From Podarcis vaucheri (taxonomy: Eukaryota), in NCBI GenBank assembly GCA_965113315.1, contig OZ220365.1: a DNA stretch of 64,000 nucleotides. One strand, written 5' to 3'. The notes beneath the pieces were generated by a model, which was not told the DNA's origin, did not search any database, and saw nothing but the letters and a program-made list of their open reading frames with translations. Position 1 is the first letter of the stretch, and every line of letters starts with the position of its first letter. Positions 47,184-61,035 of this stretch are shown piece after piece. The position numbers and the translations under genes were made by a program.

Positions 47184-48848
47184 GTGTCTTCCAGTCTCCT
47201 CCTCCCTTTATAATTGACCAAACCCTACTCCCTTTATGTCTTGCGCACTCCCTACCTATCCCCTCACAATTCACCCCAAACCACTTCCCTTCCCTTACAG
47301 CTTGCCCCAACCCACAGTGCCTCACACTTTTAGAGGAAGGTGAGAGGACTGTTTGCTAAACCACTCTCTGAAGTGCCTTCCACCCTCCTTTAAACATCAC
47401 TATAGTGATATTTTCCCCTCTGGACTCCGCCTGCATTGTTTAAGTGACTTTGCTGACACCAGTGTAAGCTTAGATTTGATGGTTTTGTGGGGATCCATTG
47501 TAAAAAGCATGCGAATTCAAGAGAACCCACTTGAGTTCTATGGGATCTCACTTTTATCCTAACTACGTGGAAAAGCAAAAGGTGTTTGTCTCTGACTCAT
47601 GAGCTTGCTTCCTCACCCCCATCTTTCTTTCTGCAGGGGCTGCTTTCTCTCTGGGTTTTTGCTCACTCTCTGTCACCTTATTTTTTCTCTCACATACAAG
47701 CACCTCTGTCATTCCCAGCTTTTTCTCCCAACTAGCAGCCAATCACTCCATCTTCTTCCTCTACCATCCTCCATTAGGGAAATTTTTGGGTTGCAGTAAC
47801 TTCCTCCCCAACTCCCTTGGTTGTCATCTTAACCCCGTGCTCTGTTGCCCTATTCTTCCCCCTACCCCGTCATCAGAATTGTCTGCTGGATCAGACAAAC
47901 AGCCCATCTAGACCAGCATCTATTCTCACAGAAACTGATCAGGTGCCTATGGAAAGCCCCAAACCATGACCTGGGGTCGACAACACTCTACACACTTGTG
48001 ATTTCCAGCAACTAGTATCAAAGGTGCACTGCCTCCGACAATGAAGTGGAACATACTCAATGTTGCTAGAAGCTCTTTATAGACTTTCCCTCCATGAATT
48101 TGGCCAATCCTCTCTTTAAAGTCATCCAAGTTGGTGGCCATCTGTCTTCTGCTCCACCCCCATCACTGTGTCTTCCTCTTCCTGGTCACTTCAGACACTG
48201 CCTGTTCCTACCCCCACTCGTGATGCAGCTGCAGCAGTATCCCTCTCCTCTCTCACAATTTTGCTGAATGTGTCAGCCACCATCTTTATTTCTCAAGAAT
48301 GCCTCTGGCCCCCATTACTTGCCTCTTTAATATCCTTTCTTAATTGCCTCAGTGTCAGTTTCTGTTCCCACAGGTAGGGTGGTGGCGGCAGTTTTAAGTA
48401 CTGATTTCCTCTTGTAGTTTCCCCCCTATTATTTTTATAACAAAATAGTTATTAAAAACAGCACTTTAGTTGTTTTTATCACCTATAACTGAAGCACTTA
48501 AAATTACAGGAAAACATCTGAAAAGGAACCTAATATCAAAAATGTGTTCACTCAATTATCCTTGATTGTATTTTACTGTGATTGACTGGCATATGACTCA
48601 GGAACTTCTGTATTGCTCTGCATTTATTTGCTGTGACATGATGTTTTATAATAATATGAATGTTATTTATTCATTTATTTGATCCATTTCATTCCAGGCT
48701 TTCCATTGTCTAAATGTGTTAGACTTTAATTATGGCTTCTATTTAAGCTGGTAAAACGGCAATACATTACAATACAATGACTAATGGAAACATAGAATCA
48801 CAGAATTGTAGAGTTGAAAGGTGGAGAGTTTAAAAGCTCTTTTTGCCC

Positions 48849-50046
48849 TGTGAGATCTTACAAGAGCATCCCAGAACTGGTGCTGGGTCCTTGTGGGTAT
48901 ATCTATTTTTATTATGAGTAAAGATTATCTAGTATGTCCCTAAGGACAGCCAATTAAACCTTTTACTTCATAAGCCAATTTCTTGGTCTTAAAAAATAAT
49001 CACTAATATTTCTCTTAAAATTATTTAAGATTTTATTGATTACAGCAGGTTAATTCTTTTTGGTTTGTTTTAGGTCTATGTCTAGGATACTGAATATGGA
49101 GCAAGGTTATTACATAAAGATAAGATACATTACCAGAACCTGGAGCAGGAGATCCTTCCTCAGAGGCAGCTGAGAGCTGAAGGAGTCTGCCCTTACAATC
49201 TAAACATAGGGTATATATACTCATAATTCACTGAGAGTGAGAAATGGTCAAAGGCCTGGAAACGATGCCTTATGAGGAACGGCTAAGGGAGCTGGGCATG
49301 TTTAGCCTGGAGAAGAGGAGGTTAAGGGGTGATATGATAGCCATGTTCAAATATATAAAAGGATGTCACATAGAGGAGGGAGAAAGGTTGTTTTCTGCTG
49401 CTCCAGAGAAGCGGACACGGAGCAATGGATCCAAACTACAAGAAAGAAGATTCCACCTAAACATTAGGAAGAACTTCCTGACAGTAAGAGCTGTTTGACA
49501 GTGGAATTTGCTGCCAAGGAGTGTGGTGGAGTCTCCTACTTTGGAGGTCTTTAAGCAGAGGCTTGACAACCATATGTCAGGAGTGCTCTGATGGTGTTTC
49601 CTGCTTGGCAGGGGGTTGGACTCGATGGCCCTTGTGGTCTATTCCAACTCTATGATTCTATGATTCTAAATGAGAGTGAGCTTTGAGAGTGGTAAATAAC
49701 ATTAAAAGAGGCACCCCCACCATTGGTGAGAACCAATGAAATACACTCACAGTTGAGTAGTGATTTCAGACTCAACAGACACCTGAGTTTGGGATTATTT
49801 TTAGAGGTTTACCGAAGGTTTCACTTTGAAAATAAACAAATTCTGAGCCTGTCGGTAAGGAACCTACTGAGAGCCTGAAGGAGACTCAGGAGAGTTCTCC
49901 AGGTAGAAGAGAAACCAGGTCTGAAGCAAAACACAGTGTAGTGAATACTTGACAAGATTACTTCAGCTACACATGTAGTGTTAGAGAAGCTATTCTGTTT
50001 GAAGAACCCGAAGGGAAGTGGTTCCTTTCTGTGAGGATCATCTTAC
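48849..50046 (+). mobile_element. Probable solo LTR interrupted by a CR1
   Basis: Starts TGTGAGAT and ends ATCTTAC; TATA-like GGGTATATATA at about 49210, AATAAA at about 49831; no clean TSD. Confidence 0.45.
49242..49670 (+). mobile_element. Young CR1 LINE 3' fragment
   Basis: Near-identical inverted copy of 18303-18778; 10-bp TSD TGAGAGTGAG (49232-49241, 49671-49680). Confidence 0.95.
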
Positions 50047-52188
50047 CTCTTAGGACATATCCACACTACAGATTGAATCAGATTAACAGCCATTGCCTGT
50101 CCCCAAGACAAGGGACAAGGGTCTCCAGCTTCCATCAGCTTCTGTTACCAGGATGATGGGCACTTTAGTTCAGCCACTTCTGGAGGTCCTCTTTCTCTGA
50201 GCTAAGGATCTCCAATAGAGGATTCTCAGCATCACTCTCCCAAAACTCCCATTCCCCACGTTTCTTGATGAGGACAAGCCGTAATTAAAGGTGGGGTAGA
50301 AAGAATATAGGGTGGTAGCATAGACAAGACCTTTGGATGGAAAACGTTGTGCACATATAAGCTAAGCCAGGGAGAGGATAATAAGGCTCGTCCTCTGCCT
50401 TGCTGCAATGACAATACAATAGCCTTGCAAGAAAATTATGTTTGCTTTGATTTATGCCACAAGTGTTATTTGTCTTCCCCTTGTGCCTCATAATTACTAG
50501 CAGTATTACGGCAGCTTACTGGGTTCTCGTATTTAAAAAAATTAATGTCGAAGTGGGGCATAAGCTCTGTTGATTGTCAATGCAACATGACAGAAAAGCC
50601 ACCCAGGTAACCGAATGCTGAGGGCACAATTGATTTTCTGCCAGAGAGTCTACTGTTCTCTCGCTGTGTTCTCTTTTAAAATGAAAAATACAAGGCCTCT
50701 TCTCATGTTTTATTGTTGCTGCTTTTCCTCAGGACTGAATTTAATCCTGATAACTCAGATGTTAGGCTGCATATACCCCTTTGCTGGAAGAGAGCTTAAT
50801 AAGTCTGTTGGCTATGAGCAGGATGCTTCCTTCCAAAAATCCAGATTAACTATAGCTCTGAATTCTTTACGCAACTTTTAAGGTTATCATTCATTTTTAT
50901 GTATAACCCTTCCCAAGTGCAAGGTGCTGTTAAGAATTTGAAAAAATGGAACAGCACCGACCTCATTTCATACTGAAATTCGCTTGATGATGATGAATGA
51001 GGGAGAAAGGCTTGCTGGAAGCATTTTGCCTGTCTCCCCTCCCCCCACGTAACACTAGAACTCTAATGAAGCTGAATGTTGGGCAGACAAAATAAAGTAC
51101 GTCTTCACAGACTTAGCGTGGTTAAGCTATGGAACCTGCATCCACAAGAGGCTTCAAGCCTAAAATGAAGAGGACTGAGAAAAATCCTTTACAGAGAATG
51201 GACACATGTTGCAAAATTTGTTAAGAGGTTCCATAGCTTCATACAGTGTGTGGATGGTGGAAATATTCAGAGATAGTAATTTTATTTAGTTTCGGTGAAC
51301 AAGGTTGCCAACTGACAAAAAACCCAACCCATCCTGGCATGGGTTTAAAGCCAGCTTTAAAGCCATCCTGATGTGCAGAAACAATCAGGGATGTTTTTCA
51401 TAGCATTTAGATAGGCATTATAATATCCTGGAAATAATAATGAGTGCCAGCTGAGCTGCTGTTAAAGGCACAGGAACAGAGACTAGTTAAAATATGGGCA
51501 AACTGTTAGTGAAGGTGGAAAAACTCTTAAGGTGAAGAAATAAAACTATTTTTTTTCTGAATTGCTCAAGAACACATGACTCAGTCTAGAAAGGAACAAT
51601 GCTATTCCTAATGAAGCATTTATCTAGTTTATGATGTATACCCCTATGCAAAGGGCCAATGTGGGAGGGAAGACACCACTAAAATCCCATTTACAGTAAT
51701 ACAGGATTTAATATGGTTTAATAGTGTTATGCTTTGAGCTGCGATAAACAGTCTCCCTGAATGAGCCAAAACAATAATAAACTCACAGGGTCTTACTCTG
51801 AGCTGGAAGCTCAGTGGGAATTATTTTTTAATTAAGGAGAATTTGTTTCAGTTTAGCATGGAGCAAATACTGGTGACATGTTTCTGATTAATAAGCTAAG
51901 GGTCAATGTAGTTGTAAGCAGACTCCACCTGCCTGCATGTGGCTATTACCTTGCTTTGGAGAACATGAACATGCTGATTTGTCAGTCCTCTTAGATATGC
52001 TACCAGCATTATTTTTCTGGCTCATTCGTATGCAAACGAAGTGTAAAGATGAGCTGCTTAGTGGATTGGCAGGAAGAGGCAGGAAGGGAGACCTTGAAAT
52101 GTAATTGTTGGTGATACCTTCCAAATAGGGAAGTATGGCACCTTATGTGGAGGTGGAAAATGGTTCACTAGTCAAACTTTCTATTCAT

Positions 52189-52540
52189 AAAAGGTAAAGG
52201 GACCCCTGACCATTAGGTCGAGTCGTGACCGACTCTGGGGTTGCGGCGCTCATCTCGTTTTATTGGCCAAGGGAGCCGGCGTACAGTTTCTGGGTCATCT
52301 GGCCAGCATGACTACACCGCTTCTGGGGAACCAGAGCAACTCACGGAAACGCTGTTTACCTTCCTGCCGGAGCAGTACCTATTTATCTACTTGCACTTTG
52401 ACGTACTTTCGAACTGCTAGGTTGGCAGGAGCAGGGACCAAGCAACGGGAACTCACTCCATTGTAGAGACTCGAACCACCGACTTTCTGATCGGCAAGTC
52501 CTAGGCTCTGTGGTTTAACCCACAGCGCCACCCGCGTCCC
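52189..52540 (-). mobile_element. Sauria SINE
   Basis: Same family; head GGGACGCGGGTGGCGC at 52540. Confidence 0.9.
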
Positions 52541-53162
52541 TTTTCATACAGTGTTGTAAATCAACCTTCAGTGCAAAATATCTGGGAGCTCTGTCCAAAG
52601 AAACAGCAAAACAAAACACAAGCTACATATTTTCATAGTGCATCAAAGGTGGTAGGGAAAAGAACCTACACCGGAATATTTCTGGTGCGAAACGTTTTGT
52701 GATATTTGCTGGAAGCTACAGACCATGCAGATTGCTGCTTATGCCATGTGACCACCCCAAGAGTGGATGGATGCAAATCAACTTAAATGTGGAAGTGTGT
52801 GTGACAATCCTGATAGCGTCAAGAGCACAAACCATCCTGAATGTACCGTATATAAAAAGCTCATCTGGAAAGGCCCTATACCTTTAAAGCTCATTCAAAA
52901 CATGTCACCCACCCAAGATTCCTGGCCACTGCTTAGAGCTTCTAGGGATGGAAACTCTGAGAGAGGTAAGTTACGCTGCCCAAAATTCCTGGAGGGAATG
53001 AATGTGCTTCCTAAGTCGGGCATCCTAAGTCAGGTATGATTTTTCAATGTGAGTATTCATCTAGGCTAGGTGAATGGAATGTATGGCCTATCTTTAGATT
53101 CAACTTTTAACCTATCTCAAGTGCTTTATATTCCTTGTACCTGAGTTATTCCTGTCTTAAAT

Positions 53163-53300
53163 TCCCCAGTTACAGGTAGGTAGCCGTGTTGGTCTGCCAT
53201 AGTCAAAATAAAAAAATTCCTTCCAGTAGCACCTTAAAGACCAACTAAGTTAGTTCTTGGTATGAGCTTTCGTGTGCATGTAAACTTCTTCAGATACACA
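53163..53300 (-). mobile_element. Penelope pLTR fragment, second family
   Basis: GTAGCCGTGTTGGTCTG..AGTAGCACCTTA.AGACCAACT..TATGAGCTTTCGTG..CTTCTTCAGATAC resembles the recalled sauropsid PLE terminal repeat. Confidence 0.8.
53260..53297 (-). ncRNA. Minimal hammerhead ribozyme motif with degraded stem II
   Basis: Minus strand GUAU-CUGAAGA-A-GUUUACAUGCACAC-GAAA-GCUC-AUAC. Confidence 0.75.
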
Positions 53301-55406
53301 GTGTGATATAATCAATTATAAACTCTAAGAGCATGAAGAATGGGTGACCGTTGGAATGAATGCTGATTCTGCCTAAACTGTTGAAAATAGAGCTGTGGAT
53401 GTATTTTTTAAAAAATAAGAACTGTGCCTTTTACATCATCATCATCATCATCATCATTAAGTAGCAGAGTAAAAACATTAGGTAAGAGCAACCTTCCTTG
53501 CATGTTGTAGGTTAACAGACATGCCAGAAGAGGTGTGATTGGCTGAAATGGCACATTCCAAGGCAGGTGTCTCCCCTGAAAGGACAGTAGCATTCTGGTA
53601 AGATCCCTGCAAATAGGTAAGATCCCTTGCAATCTTGTCACATGCCAGGAAACTTTAGACAAAAAAGAGGAAGCCTTGCCCTTCTGAGTGAAACTTTGGA
53701 CATTTCAGGACAATAGTGACTTTGGAAAAGAATGGGAACCTTTTACAACTTATTTGCAGAAACAACCAAAAAACATGGACTCTTTGGCAGGATTTAAATG
53801 AACATTTACAATTTGATTTACAGAGAAAAAGAAATATAACAGGTGATAACATAGTATTATGTACAAACAGCAGAATGCAACATTTGATGTAATAAACCAG
53901 AAATGGAAGTTGGGGGAAGTCTCAGGGAGGGGGGAAATTGGAAAATGAATGTTAAGTACTGGATATTTGTTATGAGAAAAGAAAATCAATAATTTTTTTT
54001 TAAAAAAGAAACTTTGGACATTTCAGCTTTAATTAAAACAAGGTAGGCTGTGCGGGAGTCTGCTTAATTGCAAGCCAATCTGGGATGGAAACCCCAAGCA
54101 ACAGTGAGACTCAGAGAAACACAGAGGCACTCAAAAGAGCTGCCAAACACGCAGTGTGTGCCATTCATGATCCACCAGGACTCTGTGAGCTGCTAAGGTT
54201 CCTGATGGTGCTAGCAGGCTTGCCAGGTCCCCCATGAGTCATCAAGCAAGTGCCAAGCAGATGCTTGGGGAAGAGAGTAATTCATGGGAAGCCTGTCTCT
54301 TGTTGATGACAAGCTGTGCTCTTGCTGTTCCTAAGGGCGAGCACTGCCTCACTCAAGACACTGGGGATTTGGCAAAGAGAAAAGGCAGAACAGTCAGGGG
54401 CAGTGAAGATACAGTTGTCCCGTAGTTCAGAGAATCTCTTAAACAATTAAGCTGTTTCTTGTTTTGGAACAGGACATAAAACTGGCTCCAGATTCATGTG
54501 GACCTCAAGGAAAGAAACTGTTGGTAGGGACAACCAGTCTGCTTTTGCAGGTTATTTAATTCATGTCTATTTTATCCCATTACTAGGTTGATCTGCCATT
54601 TAATAAAAAAGTTCACACACAAAATCACAATAGCTTTGAATGCATTCTTCGTAAAATAGGCATTTTTGTATGCATTCTATCATAACACACACACACACAC
54701 ACACATTTTAACCTGAAATACAAATTTCAACATGTATTTTACTACTTTGTGGAACTGAGAGTTGTATCGCAGAGTCCAAAGAAGTATTTAAAAAATCAAA
54801 GGACAACTGTTTAGTCGATGAAGAGTGAATCAGGTTGGTTCACTTAAAAATGAGGAGAAACCCCTTGATCATCTGTAGCTAACGATAGTTCTTCCTCTTT
54901 GTCCCTAGATATGTGAGAAAATAAGACTGCCTCTGAGAATGTGCAAAATGCTTTTCCTACTGTGGTGTAGCCACAACTGGCCTCAAAACATCTAAGAATG
55001 GATAAGGGAAGATATTTCCAGGGACAAGGCTGGTACTTCCAGACAGCACCTGAAATTTCTTATTAAACTGATACTTGTAGACCAAGCTAAAGATTACTAT
55101 TGATAGTATGCATGGAAATCTCAGCCCAAGCTTGCACACTAGTAAGGAAGAGGGCAGAGACCCATGGTGGGTGCTGGCAAAGCCTTGACCTCACTACCGC
55201 ATGGTGCTGGGCATGACAGGTCAACTGCAGAAATAATAGTATAAAACATTTATTTGAAAAAGCACCACATAACAGCTATGCTCCACCCTCCACAGTTGGA
55301 GACAGCTTCTGAATACCAGTTCTTGTGCGTTCTTGTGCTCAAATCCTGCTTGCTGGTTTCTCACAGGCATCTTGGTTGGCCTCTGTGAGAGCAAGAGTCT
55401 GTTGTA

Positions 55407-55632
55407 CAGTGGTACCTCGGGTTACATACGCTTCAGGTTACAGACTCCGCTAACCCAGAAATATTACCTCAGGTTAAGAACTTTGCTTCAGGATGAGAAC
55501 AGAAATCGTGCAGTGGCAGTGCAGTGACAGCAGGAGGCCCCATTAGCTAAAGTGGTGCTTCAGGTTAAGAACAGTTTCAGGTTAAGAACAGATCTCCAGA
55601 ACAAATTAAGTACTTAACCCGAGGTACCACTA
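55407..55632. mobile_element. Tigger/mariner-type MITE
   Basis: TA-CAGTGGTACCTCGGGTTAC ... TAACCCGAGGTACCACTA-TA. Confidence 0.9.
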
Positions 55633-56178
55633 TACATTATACTCTTATTGACTGATTTTACATGTGTTGTCACCCAGCTCAGCCATCACACAATCCACCT
55701 GTAAAATTTTAAGCTGCATTTCCTATACTTTGCAGTACCAGCAGGATCAAATGTTGGACTTAGATTGGGGCAATACGGGTTCAAATCGGTACTTAGCCCA
55801 TAAACTGTTATTGTTATTGCCACAATAACAGGGTTATTGTGAGGGTAAAACTGGGAGCCCCAGGTGTCACCCTGAGGCCAAGCTCCAGAGCAGAAGGGGG
55901 AAGAAAGAAATATACACAGTAATGTACTAAAAGTGGGATATGGAACACAAGGCCTCAGATGGCCAGCCATTGTTTGGGGTTTGATTTATGGCCTTTGAAT
56001 GCTGCTCCTAGGGTTGCCAAATTCCTGACACCTGCAAAGTTGTTGAGCTTTTTAAAGGAAACCTAATGATTTTAAGCTTTTTGAGCTGTTTCCATTGTGT
56101 TGCCATACATCTGGGTTTTCATTTTGCCAATTCGGAAAAATTCCCCCTGACGCCATTTTTACACCTGAAAACCAGGAC

Positions 56179-56612
56179 CAGTGCTGGATTTACATATAAG
56201 CTAAACAAACTATAGCTCAGGGCCCCACTCTCTTGGGGGCCCCCAAAAAAATTAAAGGAAAAAACCTGGATGTACATTTCCAAAATATAAGCTAAAAAAA
56301 CAAATGAAATAAAACCTACATACAGTGTTTTGTGTTGTGTAGGCTCCTATGATGTAAGTAATTGGCCCCACCTGCTAGTCTGCTCCCTAAAATATCACTG
56401 GTTTGGTCATTTCTATATATAGAGTGCCTACATTCTGCATGGACTGGTTGTGTGGCAACATGTGCAAATGGCTTTAGATACCTATTAGTTCTATAAATTA
56501 CCATATAGCATATATTCAACACAAAAACAGAGACAACTTGTTGTTGACAAAGGACATCTGGACATATAAAGGGCCCCATTACCTTCAGTAGCTTAGGGCC
56601 TCATCAAACCTG
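56179..56612. mobile_element. hAT-type MITE
   Basis: Perfect 8-bp TSD ACCAGGAC (56171-56178, 56613-56620); CAG...CTG termini. Confidence 0.8.
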
Positions 56613-57699
56613 ACCAGGACATGTTCCTGCTCCTATAACACAATGTTCTCTGGGCAGCTTGCAATAGATAAGCATGAAAACAATTGAAATGCAAAATAAC
56701 ATATAAACCCATCAAATCCAAAGCAATATAAACACATCAAAAGCAAAACTCCACACACTCTCAAACTTAAAAAAACAAAGATTTGACCCACAGTTCCCTA
56801 GGCATTCATCCCTTGCCCCCCAGCTGCTGGGCACCTCATTGTAGCCAGATGGTTACTCTGGATAAGGAACACAGGAAGTGGCCTTACCCCAGGTGTGGTG
56901 TGGCTGGGGAGGTAGGGGAAGAAGGGTGTGTGGCAATGGAAGAGTCTGCATTTGAATCCCCAGACCTGAGATTCTGCTCCCTGCCCCCCCCCCCCACTGC
57001 ATTAGTGGAAGGACAGATCGGTGATAACCTTTCACCCTCTAGTATTTGAACATGTTAATTTTCCAAACAAGGGGTATGCGGGAAGGGATCTATAAGTCCT
57101 AATTTCATCGATGATATGTAATTTGTCCTTTTCCTCCTTGGAGTGGATCGTTGCAGTCGACGACGCTAATGTGAATGTGTTTCTTGTTCAATAGAAGGAT
57201 TCCTTTTGAATAGCAAGTAGGCTATTCTTCCTTCGCGTTGACCTTGTTTTTGGAATACTGATAAGGTCTGGCATGTTTCTAAGCTCCTCCCATTCATTTC
57301 AGGATTCATTTCTCCCGTTTCACTTGGGCTTCATACATGCTATAACTTTAAAGCGCATTCAAAGCATCTTCTGCCCTCCACCTGAGTTCTGGGCACTGTC
57401 ATTTGTTAAGGGTTGATGTGAATTGTAACTATGTGAGCGGTCAACTACAGTGTCCAGAATTCTTTGAAATGTTCTTTGAATGTGCCGTAAAATTACAGTT
57501 GAATACACAGCCGTCCTCTGTAGCTACTGTATGTCAGCAGAATCTGAAAGGGCTTTATTATGTTTCTCTTTCCTTGACATCTACGCATGTGCATTGTTCT
57601 TCATGGCATTTATTTCTTGCCTTGTCCTTGCTGTAGTCAAGAGCTCTGAGCCTTGCTCTAGTGCAAACATTTAAGGACTGGGATTTATTTTTGAACAAA

Positions 57700-58165
57700 T
57701 AAAGCCTCCCTTTTTGACCAGCTTCACATTTACACCAATGGGGTCTCAACTAGCGATGGCTGATCAGGAAAGAAAGTTTGAGGTCATGACAGATAGCTCA
57801 ATAAAAATGTTAACTCAGGGTGTCACAGCTGCAAAAAGGGCAAGGTCTGTGTTGGGGGAAGAGATTGAAAATAATACAGCCAATGTCATAACGATTTTAT
57901 ACATATCTATGGTCTGGCCACAGTTGGTATACTGTACACAACTCTGGTCTGCGCATCTCAAAAAGGATAACGTTAGAGCTGGGAGATGCATAAAAGGGCT
58001 ACCAAAATGATGCAGGGACTGGAGCTTTTCCCCCTTGGAAAATGCACAATGTTTTAGTTTGGAATAAAAGGTGTGTAAATTGGGACACGAAAGAAGTTTA
58101 TAAAATGTGTGATTTTGAGAAACTGGACAGAGCTGTGGTTCTTCCTCCCTCTCATAACAGTAGAA
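57700..58165 (+). mobile_element. Old CR1 ORF2 fragment
   Basis: AAKRARSVLG...ILYISMVWPQLVYCTQLWSAHLKKD. Confidence 0.75.
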
Positions 58166-58925
58166 CCTGCTTTTTATGACGATAGGCATGGGGCGACTCA
58201 GAAATACAACAAACAACCCCCCACCCAATGATAAACTGATGGTGTGGCCTTCAGCCTCTCTGCCCACTCTAATGATTCTTTCTCTACATTGTATGGTCAT
58301 TCATAACCTGTCCCATCACCTGCCTGCTCCATCTTGTCCTGAGATGCCTTTTTCCTCCTCCAGATCTCTACCTCAAGGCCATCACAGTAAATGTGGGCAG
58401 GTCTTCTGGGGTGAGATGGAGGCAGGGCAGGTGGAAAAGGCAAGCGTAGGCCCATGGTAGAGATCTGCCAAAGCATCTGAGCAACAATATTTCACTGAAG
58501 TCATCTTTCCATGACTCTCGAAGGACAGCAGAGGCAGAACATGCTGTACATTTGTACAATGTGCTGAGCTATTAGCAATATTTATAAAAGGATTCCAGAG
58601 GGGAAGAGGCTGATTAAAGACGATGTCGCTTGCGGTGCAGCTCATTGTTTTGAAGGAAGCCTGCAGTAGGTGGGTGGATGTGTGAGGGGGAAGGACTGAT
58701 TGATGCAAAATGTCCCTTCTTCCCAGGGTAGATTCCCCTCCACACTCACACACTGATAATGCACCATGGAATGTGCATTTGATTTTGTCCTGTACAGCAC
58801 AATCACTGTGCGGTGCTTATTATTCAGTAACAATAGCCAACTAACGGTCAAGGTTGAGAAAAATGACTTTCAGGCCAGAAGAGCATGAGAAAAGTGGGAT
58901 CAGATTAAGGCCTCTCTAGCTTAGT

Positions 58926-59266
58926 CCGGGTGGTGCTGTGGGTTAAACCACAGAGCCTAGGACTTGCTGATCAGAAGGTCGGTGGTTTGAATCCCCGTGA
59001 CGGGGTGAGCTCCCGTTGCTCAGTCCCTGCTCCTGCCTAGCAATTCGAAAGCACATCAAAGTGCAAGTAGATAACTAGGTACCACTCCGGCGGGAAGGTA
59101 AACGGCGTTTCCGTGCCCTGCTCTGGTTCGCCAGAAGCGGCTTAGTCATGCTGGCCACATGACCCGGAAGCTGTACGCCGGCTCCCTCAGCCAATAAAGC
59201 GAGATGAGCGCTGCAACCCCAGAGTCGGTCATGACTGGACCCAATGGTCAGGGGTCCCTTTACCTT
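58926..59266 (+). mobile_element. Sauria SINE
   Basis: CGGGTGGTGCTGTGGGTTAAACCACAGAGCCTAGG ... GGGGTCCCTTTACCTT. Confidence 0.9.
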
Positions 59267-59514
59267 AGCATATTGGGGGTGGGGAGGGCTTGGCCCCCAA
59301 GAATTCCCCCCCCCCGTCCACAATCATCTCATAAACTCACAATACTAGAACTTAGTATTATGGATGCTAGGATATTGCAATGAAGCTGAATGTTGAAAGA
59401 TTCAGGATAGATTAAATACTGTAAACTATTTCCACATGCAGTGCATAGTTCAGCTATGGAATTCACTCCCACAAAAAGTAGTGATAATCACCAACTTGGA
59501 TGGCTTAAGTGAAG

Positions 59515-60578
59515 TGTAGCAACGGTTCCACTCGCCCACACTACCCCTCCATCACCTGACTCTGCTCTCCGGCCAATTCAGGTTTCTGGAATAGGTTGGC
59601 GAGGGAAGTTACTTTTCAAACACAGACTGAAATCACACCGGTAAGGCTGCCACCACTCCCTTTAGTTCAGGGAATCCCAGAGACACAATCCAGGGAGAAG
59701 AGTGTGTCCAATTAACCTGGCAATCCCCACTCCTTACAAGCTGCTTCCACAAGCTTGCAGGCAGAAGTTCACTCGGTATAGCGTGACTAAGCAGAAGGCT
59801 TGGATTTAGCTGTTCCCCGGAAAAGGCACCAACACACCAACAGGTTCTAAATTAAAAATTTATTTTAAAAGGAAACTGAAAACTTGTGGAAACACCACAG
59901 GCACTTCTTAAGAGTCTTACAAACATGAAAACAATAACATTGTACATTATAACTAGCTCGTACATACTCACAAAGAGAACACGGTTAGAATAGTCAAGAG
60001 TCCTTTCAAGTTGTTGTATAATGGAGCTGTTAGAGGATTTCCATTTCAAAAGGACGAAACGGCTGTTAAAGATGGAGCTTACAGCTGGGCATCTTTGCAG
60101 AATGCAGAGCAATGGCATAGAGCAAGCAATGGCATCTAGCATCTAGCAATGAACAAAACATCCCTTGATCTTTTATTCACAATTCTGACTTTGCGTCGTA
60201 ACTTTTGGCCAATCAAGGGTCTTAATTTGATCAGCTCATTCTTTTGCAGCTGGGTCAATTTAGGCTTGAACCCTTAATCAAAGAATCTTCCTCCCACCTG
60301 TGGAAATTAACCAGATCCCCAATTCTCAGCAATTTGAAAACAAACAACCGGAGGGGAGGAAGAAGTGATTCACACCCACAACCCAGGTGTTAAACCTTCC
60401 ATTAATCAGGGACCCCTTTCCTCCCATAAACCTCTCATGGCAAGGAGCCAGAAAGTCTGGGTTTTAAAGATACACAACTCCCTTTCCCAGGGTCCTTGCG
60501 GCTAACAGAATACCCACAAGGCCACATTCTTCTTCTTGACCAAGGAATGATTCTTCTAACCATGATAACTTCACTACA
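59515..60578 (-). mobile_element. 1064-bp solo LTR
   Basis: TGTAG...CTACA termini; 5-bp TSD TGAAG (59510-59514, 60579-60583); splits an older CR1-like repeat; AATAAA on the minus strand at about 59858-59863. Confidence 0.8.
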
Positions 60579-61035
60579 TGAAGGATTGGACAGATTCATG
60601 GAGGGTACAGCAATCAGTGGCTACTAGCCATGACGACTATGTTCTGTCTCTGCTGTCGGAGGTAGGATACCTCTGAGTACCAGTTGTTGGGAATCACAAG
60701 TGCTGTTGCCCTCAGATCCTGCTTAGGGGCTTCATGTGGGAGCATCTGGGTGGTCACTGTGAGAACAGGATGCTGGGCTAGATAGGCTGGATCCATCAGG
60801 GCTTTCGTTATGTTCTTCCAGATTTCTGTGCAGACGTCAGTCCCAGCAATTCCTTGCTTTAAATGGAAGTTCTGCTCAAGAGGACTCTCCTGGCTTCACT
60901 GGGACCTCTTCACCGTTCTACCTGTTGCATGTAAACAATACTTGAAACAGAATCTCACTCCTAAAAATGAAGTGCTCTCAACAAATGATGCTCAAATCTA
61001 AGGACTTAACCAGACAAAAAGTTTGTATGTGTAGG

